DNA of 63,304 bases, the filler included, from Reticulomyxa filosa (Eukaryota; Protista; Foraminifera): the NCBI GenBank assembly GCA_000512085.1. It is 9 parts of 9 records of this genome, joined end to end, with 100 filler letters (N's around TTAATTAATTAA, not from the genome) between each part and the next. Parts side by side here need not be neighbours in the genome. Positions count along the whole stretch, not along the records: positions 22,549 to 38,683 come from ASPP01021912.1; 8 more parts are not named here. One strand, given 5' to 3'. Within the stretch, counting starts at the first letter, position 1. Each line of letters begins with the position of its first letter. The notes under the pieces are model-generated. The model saw only the letters and a program-made list of their open reading frames with translations, had not been told where the DNA came from and did not search any database. The position numbers and the translations under genes are program-made. Below are positions 22,970-36,433 of this stretch, piece by piece.

Positions 22970-25900
22970 ATGTCGTTTTTAATTACACTTATATTTGCTC
23001 TGAGTGGTTTTGTATTCTATGGAAATTGTGTGAATTATGTCGGAGAGTTTGGGGTGACCGCTAACACCTTGCCATGGACGTTGTACGGTGCCATGATTGG
23101 TTATCGTGCACAAGACGAAACAGTAGTGTTGGTGGGTGGAAGATCAGGCGAAAAAGAAGACCTGAACACGGACTATATTGAAATAGATGTGTCGAATATT
23201 CGACTAATTGAAGGAACAGTGAACGTTACAAGCGGTGCAGCGATTGAATCGCCGCACGTAATGTTCGAATACAGGAGCGTTGCCATTGGGGATGCCATTT
23301 ATTATTTGAGCGTAGGAGAAAATGGACGAAATGTGACATGGGAAATATTTAACGTAACATCAAAGACAAACACAACAAAGACAGGGAAGGATTTGGGAAT
23401 GATGATTACAGGCGTGACACTGTGTTCAGATAGTGAAACGCGAATCTTTGTAAGTCTGTTTGGAGTGAACCAAAGCAACTACTATTCGCGATGCATGGAG
23501 TACGTTGTGGAAACTGATACGTGGCAACAAGTGACGAACGATGTGCAGCAAGGATTGTTTGCATATTATGGGTCGTGCGTTTGGCGAGAATCAACGAATG
23601 AAATCTGGTATTTTGGAGGAAAGGATTATTCGACGGAAGAGCCTTTGTCGAATATCTGGTCAGTGGAATACGCTACAGGCAATGTTTTGAACCGAGGAAA
23701 TTTGATCATTCCACGAATGGTGAGCGGTGCATTTCTCGTCAAGGACGCGGATGGAATCGAAAATGTACTCGTGACAGGGGGTTGTTTGAAGCCGGATGAA
23801 CAAAAATGTGCAATCAGTGTGACAAGTACGGAAATGTACAACCTCACTGCGAATATGACATCTGCATTTGCGCCGTATTTGAATGAGCCGTTAGCACAAT
23901 TTGCTGCGATTATACGCAACAATGTGTTGTGGCTATTTGGCGGTACTTCGGACAATGGCAACTCGAATGTGATTCAATATCTGAATATGTCGATGACCAC
24001 ATGGGATCAATTGACCACGCACACACAAGGTGTTGAGACCATTTGTATCAGTACAGATTCATGTAATTTGACCGATCCTTCAGTATACGTAACGATGAGT
24101 TTGGAAGACGCGATCGAAAAGGTCATTTGGTTGTCGAGCAACGTCTCGAGTGAAACGGTCATGTATTTCGGGTCCAGTTGGAAATTGACATCGAATCGAG
24201 TCTATCATTGGTTTATCGGTCGTAACGCCAGTATCCGAATGGACTGCTTGCAAAGTGTGTGTACGATTACTGGTATCAATAGCATATTCATGTCCTTGGC
24301 ATTGTCTAATGGCAATGATGATATCAATGTTGGTATTGCAATACAGAACATTCGTTTGATTGTAATCCCCGGAGAATCCTCATCCTCATCGACGTCTCCC
24401 TCGGGCCAAATATTGACCACCGTATTGGACCAAACAAGCAATGTCAACATCACAGTACAAATCCGGATGACGAATATTACATTTAACGCGAATCACGAAG
24501 CGATGTACGGCATCTTGATTCGATCCTCTGTTGGAAGGAACAATCTATTGGTATTGGAACACGTGACAGTACTTAACACCACAAGGCCATTCCTGCTATT
24601 GGAAGGCAGTGATATGAACCCAACTGGCTGGGACGTGGAACTGAACGACATTACTGTTTTCAATCACTCCTTCAGTGATGGAGAAGACGTGTGCAGTTCG
24701 TCCGTCTTCTGTCTGACCTCGGTAGGCAATGTCAACGTGTCTCACTGGTCTATTTGGCATTCCTTTGTCTCGGCAAGTGCGCTCATTATCAACGGCTTTA
24801 ATCGTGTCATGACGCAGAATCTGCAATTGAACGACACGACCACAAAAGAGGCGCCTCTTGTTCTTTCGAATGGCATTTCGAGCACCGTGGACTTTGTTCA
24901 GTGCAGCAATACCAACGGCATGCAATCCGGCTGTATTGTCTTGGACAGCATATCGACCGTGGACGTGTCCAATGTGTACTGCATCCTGTCGAATGGTGAC
25001 AACGGCTGTGTCACGGCAACAGACCTTGGAAGCGTGCAATTGGACCAAATCACCTGCGTTGAGTCCAATGGCATTAATGCAGGATGCATCTACATCGAAA
25101 TAGCCCAACAGGCATTTCTGGCGAATATTACTTGCAGCAAGACGACCAGCGTGATGTGGAGCGGCTGCGTCGCGGCGATCGGAGCCGATAACTTTGCACT
25201 GAATGGACTCGTATGCAATACCACGGACCCCTCCAGGGCAGCGTGTGCATTTGTCAAAGACATTGCCGATGCATTCATCTCCAACGCAGATTGCAGTTCC
25301 TCTATCGGCAATGACACGGGCTGTGTGGCGGCCAGATCCTTGTCGAAACTCACTTTGGAAAACATTTTGTGTAATGCCTCGCAGGGCACCACCGCGGCGT
25401 GTGTGTCGCTCAGCGACCTCGTCATGGTCAACGCAACGCGGCTGATATGTAACAACACGCTTGGCTTTTACAGTGGCTGTCTTCTCGCATGGAGTGTGCA
25501 GTACATTATTTTGACCCAACTCCAGGTGATCAACACGTTCGGCTTTTACACCGGCGCCGTGTATGTCATTCAGAGTAACACTCAGTATTCCATCATCCAA
25601 GACTCGTTGTTTGATGGCAATGTGATGGGAGAAGTCGCAATTAACTATGGCGTGGGGGCACACATGGAAGGAGTTTACGCTCAGATTTCTCGTTGTGTGT
25701 TTACCAATAACCACGGTACATTAAAAAATAAATAAATAAATAAATATATCATATACGATACACACACACACACACACACACAAATCTAAATGGGGACGTG
25801 TTTGTATAAATAAAGACCCTTTGGTGGAGCTGCAGTGAGTTCCTCAATGCAAGAATCAATTCTACTCGAAGATTGTTCGTTCAGTGGCAACAGTGCGGAC

Positions 25901-28397
25901 AAAATCGGAGGTGTAATTTTCCACAACTTGGGAGATTTGACATTCAACCGCTGCAACTTCAGTAACAACTTTGCCGACCTTGGCGGCGCAATTGGCGTGC
26001 TGGCGCCCGGTTATCGAATGTCGCTATGGAACTGCTCATTCACGCAGAACGTGGCGTCGGCGCAAGGCGGCGCAGTGATGATTTTGGAAGGCAACTACGA
26101 CATGTTGGACACGCACTGCGAGGATAATCTGGCTAAATCGGACGGCGGATGTTTGTACGACGGAGACGGATATATAATATGTCAGTCCATGTTGAATCAC
26201 ATTGCACGTTCAACGGTGATAAATAACCGCGCGCAGCAAGGAGCAGGACTCTACATTCACGGCTGTTTGTTGTCCATGCGAGAACGATCGTCTCCAATAA
26301 CACGGCGTCGCAAACTGGCGGAGGCATAATGATCGACGTGTCGACTGGCTTCCATCACTTGCAAAATGTGACGTTACAAGACAACTCAGCTGACAGTTCG
26401 GGAGGAGCGATCACGTTGACTGGTGGCAATATCTTGATCGACCACTGCGACATTCACAGCAATCTCGCGACTACATTGGCCGGTGGAGTCTACATTACCC
26501 ATTCGGAACAATGGGGCATGAACGTGACCGTCGTTAATTCCACACTCTACAACAATGTCGCCGGAAGTGGCGGGGCCATTGGCGCCACGTCTTCCGCTGA
26601 TCCTTCGTACTTTGAATGGCAGACTCATCCGATGCTGCTCATATCGTCCTCCGAACTTGTCAACAATCACGCACAAATGGATGGAGGCGCCCTGATGGTA
26701 CGCACTGGCAATGTTCGCATGAATCTCAATCGAATCCAAGGCAACACTGCCCAAAAAAAGGAGGCGGCATTTACGTCGTCCAGGGCTGGGCCGAGGATGT
26801 TGGATCCACGTTTGTGCAAAACTACGCGTCCACAGGAGGTGGACTGAGTTGCGATACCTCTCTCGTCCAACTTACAAACACTTCATTCAACAAAAATACG
26901 GCCTCTCTCGACGGAGGGGGTTTGTGGCTGCAACTGTGTCCCGACTTTGTATTCAGCGGACTCAGCTTCAAACAGAACACGGCCAACTTCAGTGGCGGCG
27001 CCACATTTGTGCAGCAGACTGGCGTTTGTGCGATTTGCAAACAATACAATAACACCTGCACGTATACAGGCAACCAAGCTGCCTTTGGCAGTGATACCGG
27101 CACAGGGCCGCAGCAGCTGCTATTGAATTATGTGAAGAAGACCAAATCGGTAAATCAATTAAGCGAAATCATCCTGGAAGGCACGTTGTATGATGCCTTT
27201 GGACATGTGGTCACGCAGTCGGAAGATACCATTGTGCTATCTGCAATGGTCGAAATGAATAAAAACGTTGAATTGCAAGGACGATTTGAAGACACCTTTG
27301 AAGGGGGAAAGGCCTCGTTGGACTTTTTCATTGTTCCTTCCGATACCGTCATCCACACCAATGCCAACTTCGATTTAACTGTTCGAATTGGCACCAATAT
27401 TTATCCATTCAATCAAACTTTTAATGTGCGTTTTCATAACAGCATCTACGCTCCCAAAGCTTGGACTATTGGAATTAACTCCGCATTTGGCGCTGTTGGG
27501 ATTATTTCTGTCCTAGTCACTGCCTTGCTTATGTGGCGGTATCACGAATCTGCGATCATTCGTGGTGCTACTCCGCCTTTTTTGGTTGTCATATTGTTTG
27601 GCTGCTTTTTGCTCAGCGCCTCCATTATTGTTTTGCCATTCATGCCCCAGAAGGTATCATGTCTGCTGTTGCCATGGCTATTGCATCTCTCTTTTGTCCT
27701 TATCTTGGCACCGATCACTGGCAAAACGTGGAGGATCTACATGATTTTTTATATGGCCAGTAAAAAATTTAAGCGCTTCAATTTTACAACGTGGAAACTG
27801 GCTCTGTTTTTCATCATTTTGCCATTGGTAGTCGTCGTCGCATATTTGTTGACTTGGACCTTTTTGCAGAAGGACTGGACCCAGTGGGAAGTAGAAACAA
27901 ATGGAGAAAACAAGGAATACTGTTCCTTAGAAAGTCTGTTTTTAACAATTAGTCTGACATGCGGAGCTGTTCTTTTGCTGTGGCTGGTTCGACTCGCCAT
28001 TGGAGTGAAAGGTGTTCCCAAAAATTTCAATGAGTCCTTTTGGCTGGGAGCTGCTATTTATACTTTGGCTTTGGTTATGTTATTCATGATTCCAATCAGT
28101 GTGATCAACTCAGTTCCACCAGAGGTTAAACAAACTCTGGGAGGAATTGCTGCCTGGATTGCATTGGAAGCAGTGCTGGCCTTCATATTTTGGCGAAAAT
28201 ATTACATGATCTGGTTCCACTCAGAGGAAATGAATACAAGGAAATCAACTACCTCTCCTGAAGACTCAGGAATGTCAAACACTGAAAGTTCGGGCATGGC
28301 CGCAAGTGATTTATCCAGTGATCGAGGCTCTAAAAGTGGTCGATCAACGAGCCCTAGTGCAACAGGTCAGACTATTAAAGGTAGACCTACCATGTAA
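22970..28397 (+). CDS. Giant class C (7tm_3-like) GPCR: signal peptide, Kelch propeller, right-handed beta-helix (Cys-paired and GGA[I/V]/FxxN repeats), 7TM; ~1,780 aa
   Basis: Signal MSFLITLIFALSGFVFYGNC. Kelch GG motifs (VVLVGG, IWYFGG, VLVTGG, LWLFGG). Repeats FSGNSADKIGGVI, FSNNFADLGGAI, FTQNVASAQGGAV, FKQNTANFSGGA. Seven hydrophobic helices with IIRGATPPF, KTWRIY and VPKNFNES. One intron ~25716-25815; single-base frameshifts near 26285 and 26755. Confidence 0.88.
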
Positions 28398-28763
28398 AAG
28401 GATACTGTCCACTTTTGTTGTCTTGTTTTATCTCTTTTTTTTTTCCGTTGTTTGTTTTGAGTGTTGAATTGTTGAATTGGCTCGGTGTGTGTGCACTGTT
28501 GTGCACAGCATAGGATAATGTAAATAAATTCATTTTCTTGTTGCAAAGTTACATGTCAACTCCTTTAACAAAAGCTGCTTTTCAAAGCTGATTTTATTTT
28601 ATTGGGAATATTTTCGATAACACATGTTTTGTTGATGCGAAAAAAAGTGCTAGGATTAGCTTCTTCAGTGGAATAACTACAACAATTTCAAAAGTGTTCC
28701 ATCCGACACCTTTTAAAAAAAGATCGAAATTTCAATTTACGAGACAAAAGTTGTGAAATTACA

Positions 28764-31384
28764 TCACATTTGACGGTTATCATTTGTATTATTCAAGTTG
28801 TTGGAACTTAAGACTGCTTCATTTGTTGTTAAAAATTCAATCTGAAGCTTGAGCTCGCCTTGTTCGACCCCTTCAAGTTTCCACCATTTTTGAACTGGCC
28901 GTTGAAACGTAGTAAAATCAACTGGAATGTTTACCTGCCCCATAAATTCATTCCTGCTCCAATTATCGTGGTCCTTTAGTTGAACCTGAAGTATACCACA
29001 ACACTCAATTTTTTAAAATGAAGTCAGCAAAACAGAGTAGTGAGATGCATACCACCAACTCCAAATCGTGTAACAATTCAGTTTGCACTTGAAACAGGAA
29101 GTCCTCATTCCAAGTTGGGTTCAATGTATTTTCTTTAATTGTCGTCTTCTGTTTCTCACTGTTATTTCCTAGTTTTAGGGTGACATATGGATCTGATGAC
29201 CCATTTTTGTCTTTCGCTGCCAAGTTTCTTGCGCCAACTACTAACACCTGAAGATGATGTTGTGCCATTCCATAACAATGAAGGCAACAAAAACATACAA
29301 TGCTTGGGTAACTCTAAGCACTCCGCACAAATCTTGGACAGATTTTTCTTTTGATTTTCTTTTAACCATGTTCTTCACTGCAATGTTCGTTTTGACTTTG
29401 TGCAATGTCTTAGTTAAGAAAAATATTTTTTTCTCTTTTGAGGTTGGAGAATTTGGATATACACTGTATCGCTGATTTTTGTCGGTGTTTGAGAGTGATT
29501 GCTCTCGTTCTCTTTCAGGAGACAAAGTTTTACCTTTAGGCCGTGACATTGTCTCCTCTAAGTAATTTGTCACATCCTTTTCATTATTTCTTCCTTGCAC
29601 TTTTTTTTTTGTCAAACCTATATATAAGAAATATGGATCTATCTTTTTTTAAGATTCCTATTGATTTAGAAAACAAACTGTTGTTGTCAGGAAATATACT
29701 GCATGTCGAAACGTCTTCACTTTCTGATTCTGGTAGTAAAAATGGTTCATATTGCAAAGAAATATGAACCATTCCACGTGCAACATTTTGCAGTGAGTGC
29801 CAAGTTTGCTCAATTGTGTCTGCTTTTATGTCTCGTAATGAAATGACTACATCACCCAAAGGATCATCGTTTGTCGAACAGTTAGCGCTTTGCACTGACA
29901 CGAAAAGACTTTCAGTTGATATGTCAGTAACTGTAAACTCAAATTTCTCTTGCCACACTATTTTATTCCATTATAGAAATAAAGTGTAATAGTAGCTTAC
30001 CATTTTTTTGTTGTGAGTGACTACAGAATATCTTTATGTATTCCGAACACACCTGGATTAACAGTGTTACTCTTTTTTTTTGTTGTTTTTTTAAGCTCGG
30101 ATCGAATCCATAATTTGCACACAGTATCCGGTATACCAAATACGTCTTTAGTCATCAAATTTCTAGCTTCAATAATTTCTACTTTCAAAACTCCTTTTAA
30201 CGGTTGGAGTTGCGTCGAAATCTCTGTTGCTATTTCATCTGTCAGAGGATAAATTATTTCGTGTGGGAATGCTAAGTATTCATCCAACAAGTTTTCAATT
30301 GTTGACTATTTATTTTTAAAACAAATAAGTAACAATTTCATTTCTGGAACAAAATTGGCTTTTAAGACCAAAATTAAGTGTTGTCGTTGATGAATGATAA
30401 AACAAACAAAAAGTAAATTGTATACATTTAGCCAAGGAACAAATCCTGGAATACCACTTAAAGGGACTTTTATGGCTGATAGTTGATAATCCAGTACAGG
30501 TTTTTCTATGAATGTGATTCTTACAATATCAAAGAATGGAAAATGATATACCAAATTGGAAAATGTTATCCTCAGAGTGCCTCTGATTTGGATATCCTTT
30601 AATGCTGCTTGGACACTGACAACTCGATTGCCTGCACTTATTGTTATGCAAGGCTTTCCTCCACAAAACACAAATTTAATATCAAAAATGACTTCCTTTG
30701 CCGATTGTTCTTTGTCATAAACCTATTTTCATGAATTTAGAAGGATGAGAATATTGAGCTAAAACTAAAAAAGGTCAACGACTAGTATGCAAGTTTTTAT
30801 AAGTAGTTTTAATGAAGAAACCACTGAAAAGCAAATGGCTGAAATAAAATTGCGCACAGTTTAAAGATATATACATCTTTCACCTTGACAGCAATGAATT
30901 GTGGTGGCATTGTTCCGAGGTCGATTGTACCCAACATCAACTGACTCAAGAAAGGTGGTTTGTAGTTTGCAAGTTTTGGGTTAGCGTTGTGTCTAATTGC
31001 ATCTTCAGCTGAAACCTTCAAATAAGGCCACAGTATATCTGAAGCATTATTCAAAAATTTGACTTTTTCCCAGTCGGGAAATTTGACCCAATCTGGCAGA
31101 GATCTCATGACAGATTTTACCAGTTTTGGATTTTTGTCCAATCGCAAGAATTTGTTTTCGAGTTCTTTGCGATCAAATTCAAGCAAATAGTAGTGTGAGG
31201 ACAATATACACGCACCAAGTAGTGCCGCATATATAAAACCAGCCTGCCAATATCCCAAAATATACATAATTGAAACGAAAATACCAATTCTTAGCAGTGC
31301 TGAGTTGTCCCATGTGTGATTAATGTGCTTCAACATGTACAAAACTAGTTCGTACAATTTTAACTGTCTTAAATAATTTGACTG
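28764..31384 (-). CDS. Synaptotagmin-like / tricalbin-type membrane tether: TM, SMP domain, two C2 domains; start not resolved
   Basis: TM hairpin, then [18 protein letters not shown]...LWPYL and LGTMPPQF (SMP). C2[18 protein letters not shown]...NTVNPVWQEKF. C2[27 protein letters not shown]...[10 protein letters not shown]...[13 protein letters not shown]. Stop at 28764-28766. Confidence 0.88.
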
Positions 31385-32109
31385 TCAGATTATGAGATTG
31401 TTTCATCATCAGATTTTCTTTCCCCTGTTATAATTTGTGTTTTTAATTTTGCTTATCGTTGTTCCATTTATCCTAAATTGCAAAATTGAATTAGGTCAGT
31501 GACAGGCTTTGGATCAACACACAGATGTCCTCACACTTCCGTCCAATGTGAATGTTTTTTGTTATATAATATGGAACGAAAGAATGAATTGTTATCTACT
31601 AAATTGTAAGTTTTCTGCTATAACCTTAAAAATCTTATATGGATCAATTTGCTCTTTTCTCATTTAATTTACATTTTATCAAAATTTTTTACAGAGGTTT
31701 ACTGGACCTTTGTGTTTCAACAACTGATACTGAAGAAAAATTATTATATCTTAATTTTTAAACAAAAATACTGATATTATTGAAATTGAAATCGAAATAT
31801 GTGTAAATGACCACTTATATTTTGGTTATTGCTGTGTAGTGCAAGTTCTCGTGAAACACAAACTTTTTTGGAAAAAAAAAATAAAAATTAAAAAAATAAT
31901 ACGGAAAATGATGAACAAAAAAAACAAGAAAAAGGAAAGACTAATCTGCCCACACTTTTGAACAACGGAAGGAGAAAACAAAAAAAACAGATGACAAAAA
32001 ACTGTATGCTTTCTTTTATATATTCTTTCTCACACACGTAATAATAAGTAAGCACAGATAGGACAATGCATTCAATGCACTGAACCAAAAAATAAATCTT
32101 GGAAAAAGG

Positions 32110-35100
32110 TCAATCTTTGGATCTTTCTTCATTAACAGCCGCAATTGATGTTCCCTTTTGCGATAATTTGTTGTTGGCCATTTGTTTCACTAATCCCCAA
32201 TTTGCTCTTCTGCGGATCTGTGTCATGATACAAATAATTAGCAATTTTTATATTTTTGAGCATTTTTCATTTTAGAAAAAAAAAAGTTATCGCAAAACTT
32301 GTTGTTCAGTCCTGGTCAAACATCGCGATTTTTTTTGTGCAGCGTCTCTTTCGTAGTTTTTGATATTTGGCAACAAAGGTGAATAATCCACATTATTTAG
32401 TGTTTCCAATGTGAAGATGACAAAGCTATCGAAAGGCCTCTTCCTCACATCATTTCCCTCACTTTCATTATTGTTAATGGCGACGTGTCCATTTCCAACG
32501 ATTCCCTCGTTGTCAGTAGTGTACTCACTTGGTGTAGGAGGTTCACTATAATTTGTATTAAGTTTGTTATCCCCAATGTCCGATTCTGTGATATCGCTGA
32601 TGCCACTGTTAATGATAATTTGGGTCGCATCCGTCCTTATCGATCCATTTATTCGAACTTCTCCGACACTTATTCCGGGTTTGGTATACTGTTTTCCAAT
32701 CTTAAAAGGGAAAGGCGGAACATTTCCATAGGCCAACGCTTTTGCAATTGTTTCTTCAGCTTCTCTTTCTTTGGCTTCTTTTTTCGTCAAATATTGTTGC
32801 ATTTTTGTCCAATATGATATGTCCTTGCTTTGATAAATTTTCTCCACATTTGCGCTGGCCAATCGCAATTGTTGATTGGGATAATGTCGATTTTGGAAAA
32901 AGGCTTCTAAGAGCGGAGGCAAAAACCCCTTACGATCGTAATCCACCAATCGTTGCATAGATGGTTCTTTCCACGCCGCAATAGCGCGTTCTGCTACGGG
33001 TTGGCGGGATGAGATCATGGATTGGGTCAATTGTTTTGCTGAGGTGATCAAAATAGGCTTGTACAACGAATAGTCAAATCCATCCTGATGGTTGAGCAAC
33101 ACATTAATAATATTTACAACGCCCATAATGAATATTTCCTCTTTTTGTGGGGATTGCTTTGGCCAATAGCATAGCAATCCTCGCAGAACAACGACAGCAC
33201 CCAACTTATCTTTTGCAACATAATTGACGCAGCATTGTGTCAATTGTTCCCAGTACTTTTTCAAGCCACGGCACTTGTGTTTGTTGTTATCGAAAAAAAG
33301 AAAAAGTGAACAGAAGCGATTTAATGTATATTTGTTGTACATATAATTTATGTTGTATACATACCATAACACATATCGTATATACATGTATATGTATACG
33401 TCACAACGTAAAAATACCTTGTGTAGCGGTACTAACACATTACTTAAAAATTTTTGCCATGAATCTTTGATAGGAACAGTGAGTCCTGGAATGATAGCAC
33501 AAATGATTTGAAGTAACTCAATGACACCATTGAAATGGTCCGTGCTTGGACAATGAATGATTCGATACAAATAATTGCAGGCCAAATCAATGACATGTGT
33601 TCGCAGCTTGAGACAGCGGCCATAAATTTTGTGTATGATCATCATCAGGTACGCCCGTTCCCTGTGATCCTCGCTGGCGAATAATTCGATTAGTTTTTGC
33701 AAGAACGATCCTGGCAGATATTTCTTGTACCATATTTCATGCACAACACACAGAACAAATGGTGATCGACACATATGTCATTTGCGTATTTGCGTCAATC
33801 AAACAAAAGACATCCCTTCAATCACACTTACCTCCATGACTTGTGCGGTGACATCCGGGTTATTGATAATACGCCACGTTAAGTCGTACACGAGTTTGAG
33901 ATGTCTCCAAGTGGGATCTTCATAGACAGTTTCTTTTTCAAATACTTCGTCATTGAAGAACATTAGCGATGGCGGACGAAACTGGTATGGAAGTGAGCGA
34001 AATAGATTGGCACTGATAGTTTTCAGACACTCTTCAAACATATCTTCGCTAAACCAAGTGTTTCGTGAAACAAACTCTGTTAAATCGGCCAATAGTTCTT
34101 CTTTCTTTTTAATCATTTCCAGTTTGACACGAGTCATATCATTGAAATCACAAACTGCGCGACAAAGTTTCAATTTCAATCGAAACATATTTTCTCTTTC
34201 ACTGCGATGAATGTCAATAAGCAATGGCGGATTGGCTTCGTATAAACTTTTGAGAGGCCCTTTTAAGGTTATCTTTCTCTTTTTGATTTTTGTGCTGATT
34301 ATTTCGTCTCGTAGTTGTTCTGTTCGTCCGTCTTTATCGTCATATAATGTTATCCATGTTGCCAAAGGCGTATATTCTTTGGCGACTCGTTCAAGTTTTT
34401 CGTGTCTTGGCGTTGTCGAGCCATTCTTTGTGTCGCTTTTATTTTGTTTCTTCCTTTTGAACCATGAAGAGAATACGCCACGAGTTGTCCCAGTATCTGT
34501 CTCGTCGTCACTTTCTTGCTTTTCGTCACCGTCATCACTGTCATTGTTATCGTCTTCTTGGAAATCTCGTTCAGGTAAATCATCGCCCTTTTTCGGACTG
34601 GTTTCAGTCTGGCCATTTGTTTTGTGAATTCTATCTGGACTCATCACTGCCTCTAAATCTTCAATCGTGTACACCATCCTTTCTTCTCTCTGAGTCGTTG
34701 CACCTGTTTCCAAAGTGTTGTCTTTATCTTTGTCTTTGGATTTGTTGTTTATTTCTTGTGACTGTGTCATTCCATTTGTCGCTTGCAATTCGTCATTGTT
34801 TTCGTTTGCATGGTTTATATTTGGGTCATGTTTGCTTTTATATTTCACATTTGTCAGTTGGTAATCTTTGTTCGTCTCAATATTTTGTTTGTGGATTTGT
34901 GCTTCTCCAGCAATGGTCGCATGTTCATTGTCTACGTCGCTGCTGACATAGTCGTCTGTCACCTCAATCGCATGGTTGCCATTATTCTCATCATTGTCAT
35001 CCTCTTTTTCATCCTCGGACATTGGGCTTGTGTCCTTGATTGCGTGCTTGAGATGTGCACTTGTCTTGTTCGCGTTCTGGGCACCCGGACTAAGAGGTGA

Positions 35101-36433
35101 TTTATTGCCATTGGTAACTGTGTTTGCTTTGTTGATATTGTTCGTCGGGACAGGCGCACTACCAACGTTCCTTGCGTTTTCTGGTTCTATGGTTGGAGAA
35201 ACAATTGCACATGAAAAATAAGTTTGCTCAACAACAAACAAATAAGCAATAATATTAAACACGTTCAAGGAATTTTCTTTTGTTTGTATATTTGTATGCA
35301 TGTGCAAACCTATCTTTGTAGGTAAAACAAATAATCCGTGATCCGGACGACATTCAAAGTAATACTTGTTTTTAAATGTTCCATTATGTGTGCCCTTTTT
35401 TTCATCTAGTTCCAGTCCGTACCATACACCCTTCAAAGAACAAAAGCCAATCATCTGTTTGAGAATGCAAAAGTTGAGCTGTCTCAACAAATGGAAACAA
35501 AACAAAACAAACACATGTGAACTGTGTCAAAATGCACCGGTCCGAAATAGCGGATAATTCCTCGGACATTTGTGTTTTTTGAAACATACACTCGATCACC
35601 TACTGTGCATTTGTATTTCTTAAGTGCTGGTATTGCACATACATACATACATATATACATATACATACAAACACAAATTAATCGTTCTCAGCTGTTGTTT
35701 TTTTTTTTTTTTGTTTAGTTGGGGAAACAAAGAGATTGGGGGGGGGGGGGGAAAAAAAAAAGTACAAGGAAATTTTTTTGGAAATTGTGATACTGTTTTG
35801 AATATGCGCCCATCTTGTGCACATTTGAAACATACATTGAACAATTTTTTCAATTGAAAGCACTGTGACCCACACTGCAGACTCTTTCGATATCACTTTA
35901 TCTATCTTACCATTCTGAGTCACTTCCAATCGAACCCAAACCCCGTCACGCTTTTGTTTGAAACCAATATGTGTTACTTTGCCCTCCATTTTATTCTTCA
36001 ATCGAACCTAATTTTAAAATCTCTTTTGTTTTGTTTTTTTTTCCTCTCTTTTTTTTGTAATAAAAGTTAGACAGACTGCTCTTTTTATTTTCATAAACTG
36101 TATTTCTCATTTAACTTTGTCACCTACAAATGGAATTATCTTTGGCTCACGTTTCGGTGAAAATGACACGTTTTGAAAGTTAGGCTGTTTTTCTGTATGC
36201 TTACTATTGCTCGATGTTGCCAACAATTTGCCACCTGCGTTGCCTTTGTTTGTTAAAATTGTGTTGTTGATCTCATTTCTTTGGCTTTCACTGCTATTTT
36301 TACGACTTCTTTCCTTTTGTTCTGGGTTGTCTTTTTTAGGTATGGTCGGTTTTGCTATGTTGCTGTTTCGAGGTTTGGGAAACACAACACCACTTGTGTC
36401 ACTTTCCTTTCTTTTTCCCCAAATTTTCTGCAT
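32110..36433 (-). CDS. PP2A regulatory subunit B56 (B') with N-terminal CAP-Gly domain(s)
   Basis: B56 core: KLKLCRAVCDF, ISANLFRSLP, EDPTWRHLKLVY, ELFASEDHRERAYL, HKIYG, FNGVIELL, VLVPLHK, LLCYWPK, VAERA. CAP-Gly: VGDRVYV...GIIRYFGPVHFDT-GVWYGLELDEKKGTHNGTFKNKYYFECRPDHGLFV. Confidence 0.9.

Noticed and set aside
24596-25714. 372-aa antisense ORF within the receptor gene
   Set aside because: Shadow ORF of GC-richer coding sequence; no recognisable motifs.
22970-27300. Bacterial contamination or recent horizontal transfer of a Pmp/autotransporter gene
   Set aside because: Has a host-style intron, continues into a eukaryotic 7TM and shares a contig with IMP4 and B56. Raised GC also occurs inside kinesin, RGS and BEACH exons.
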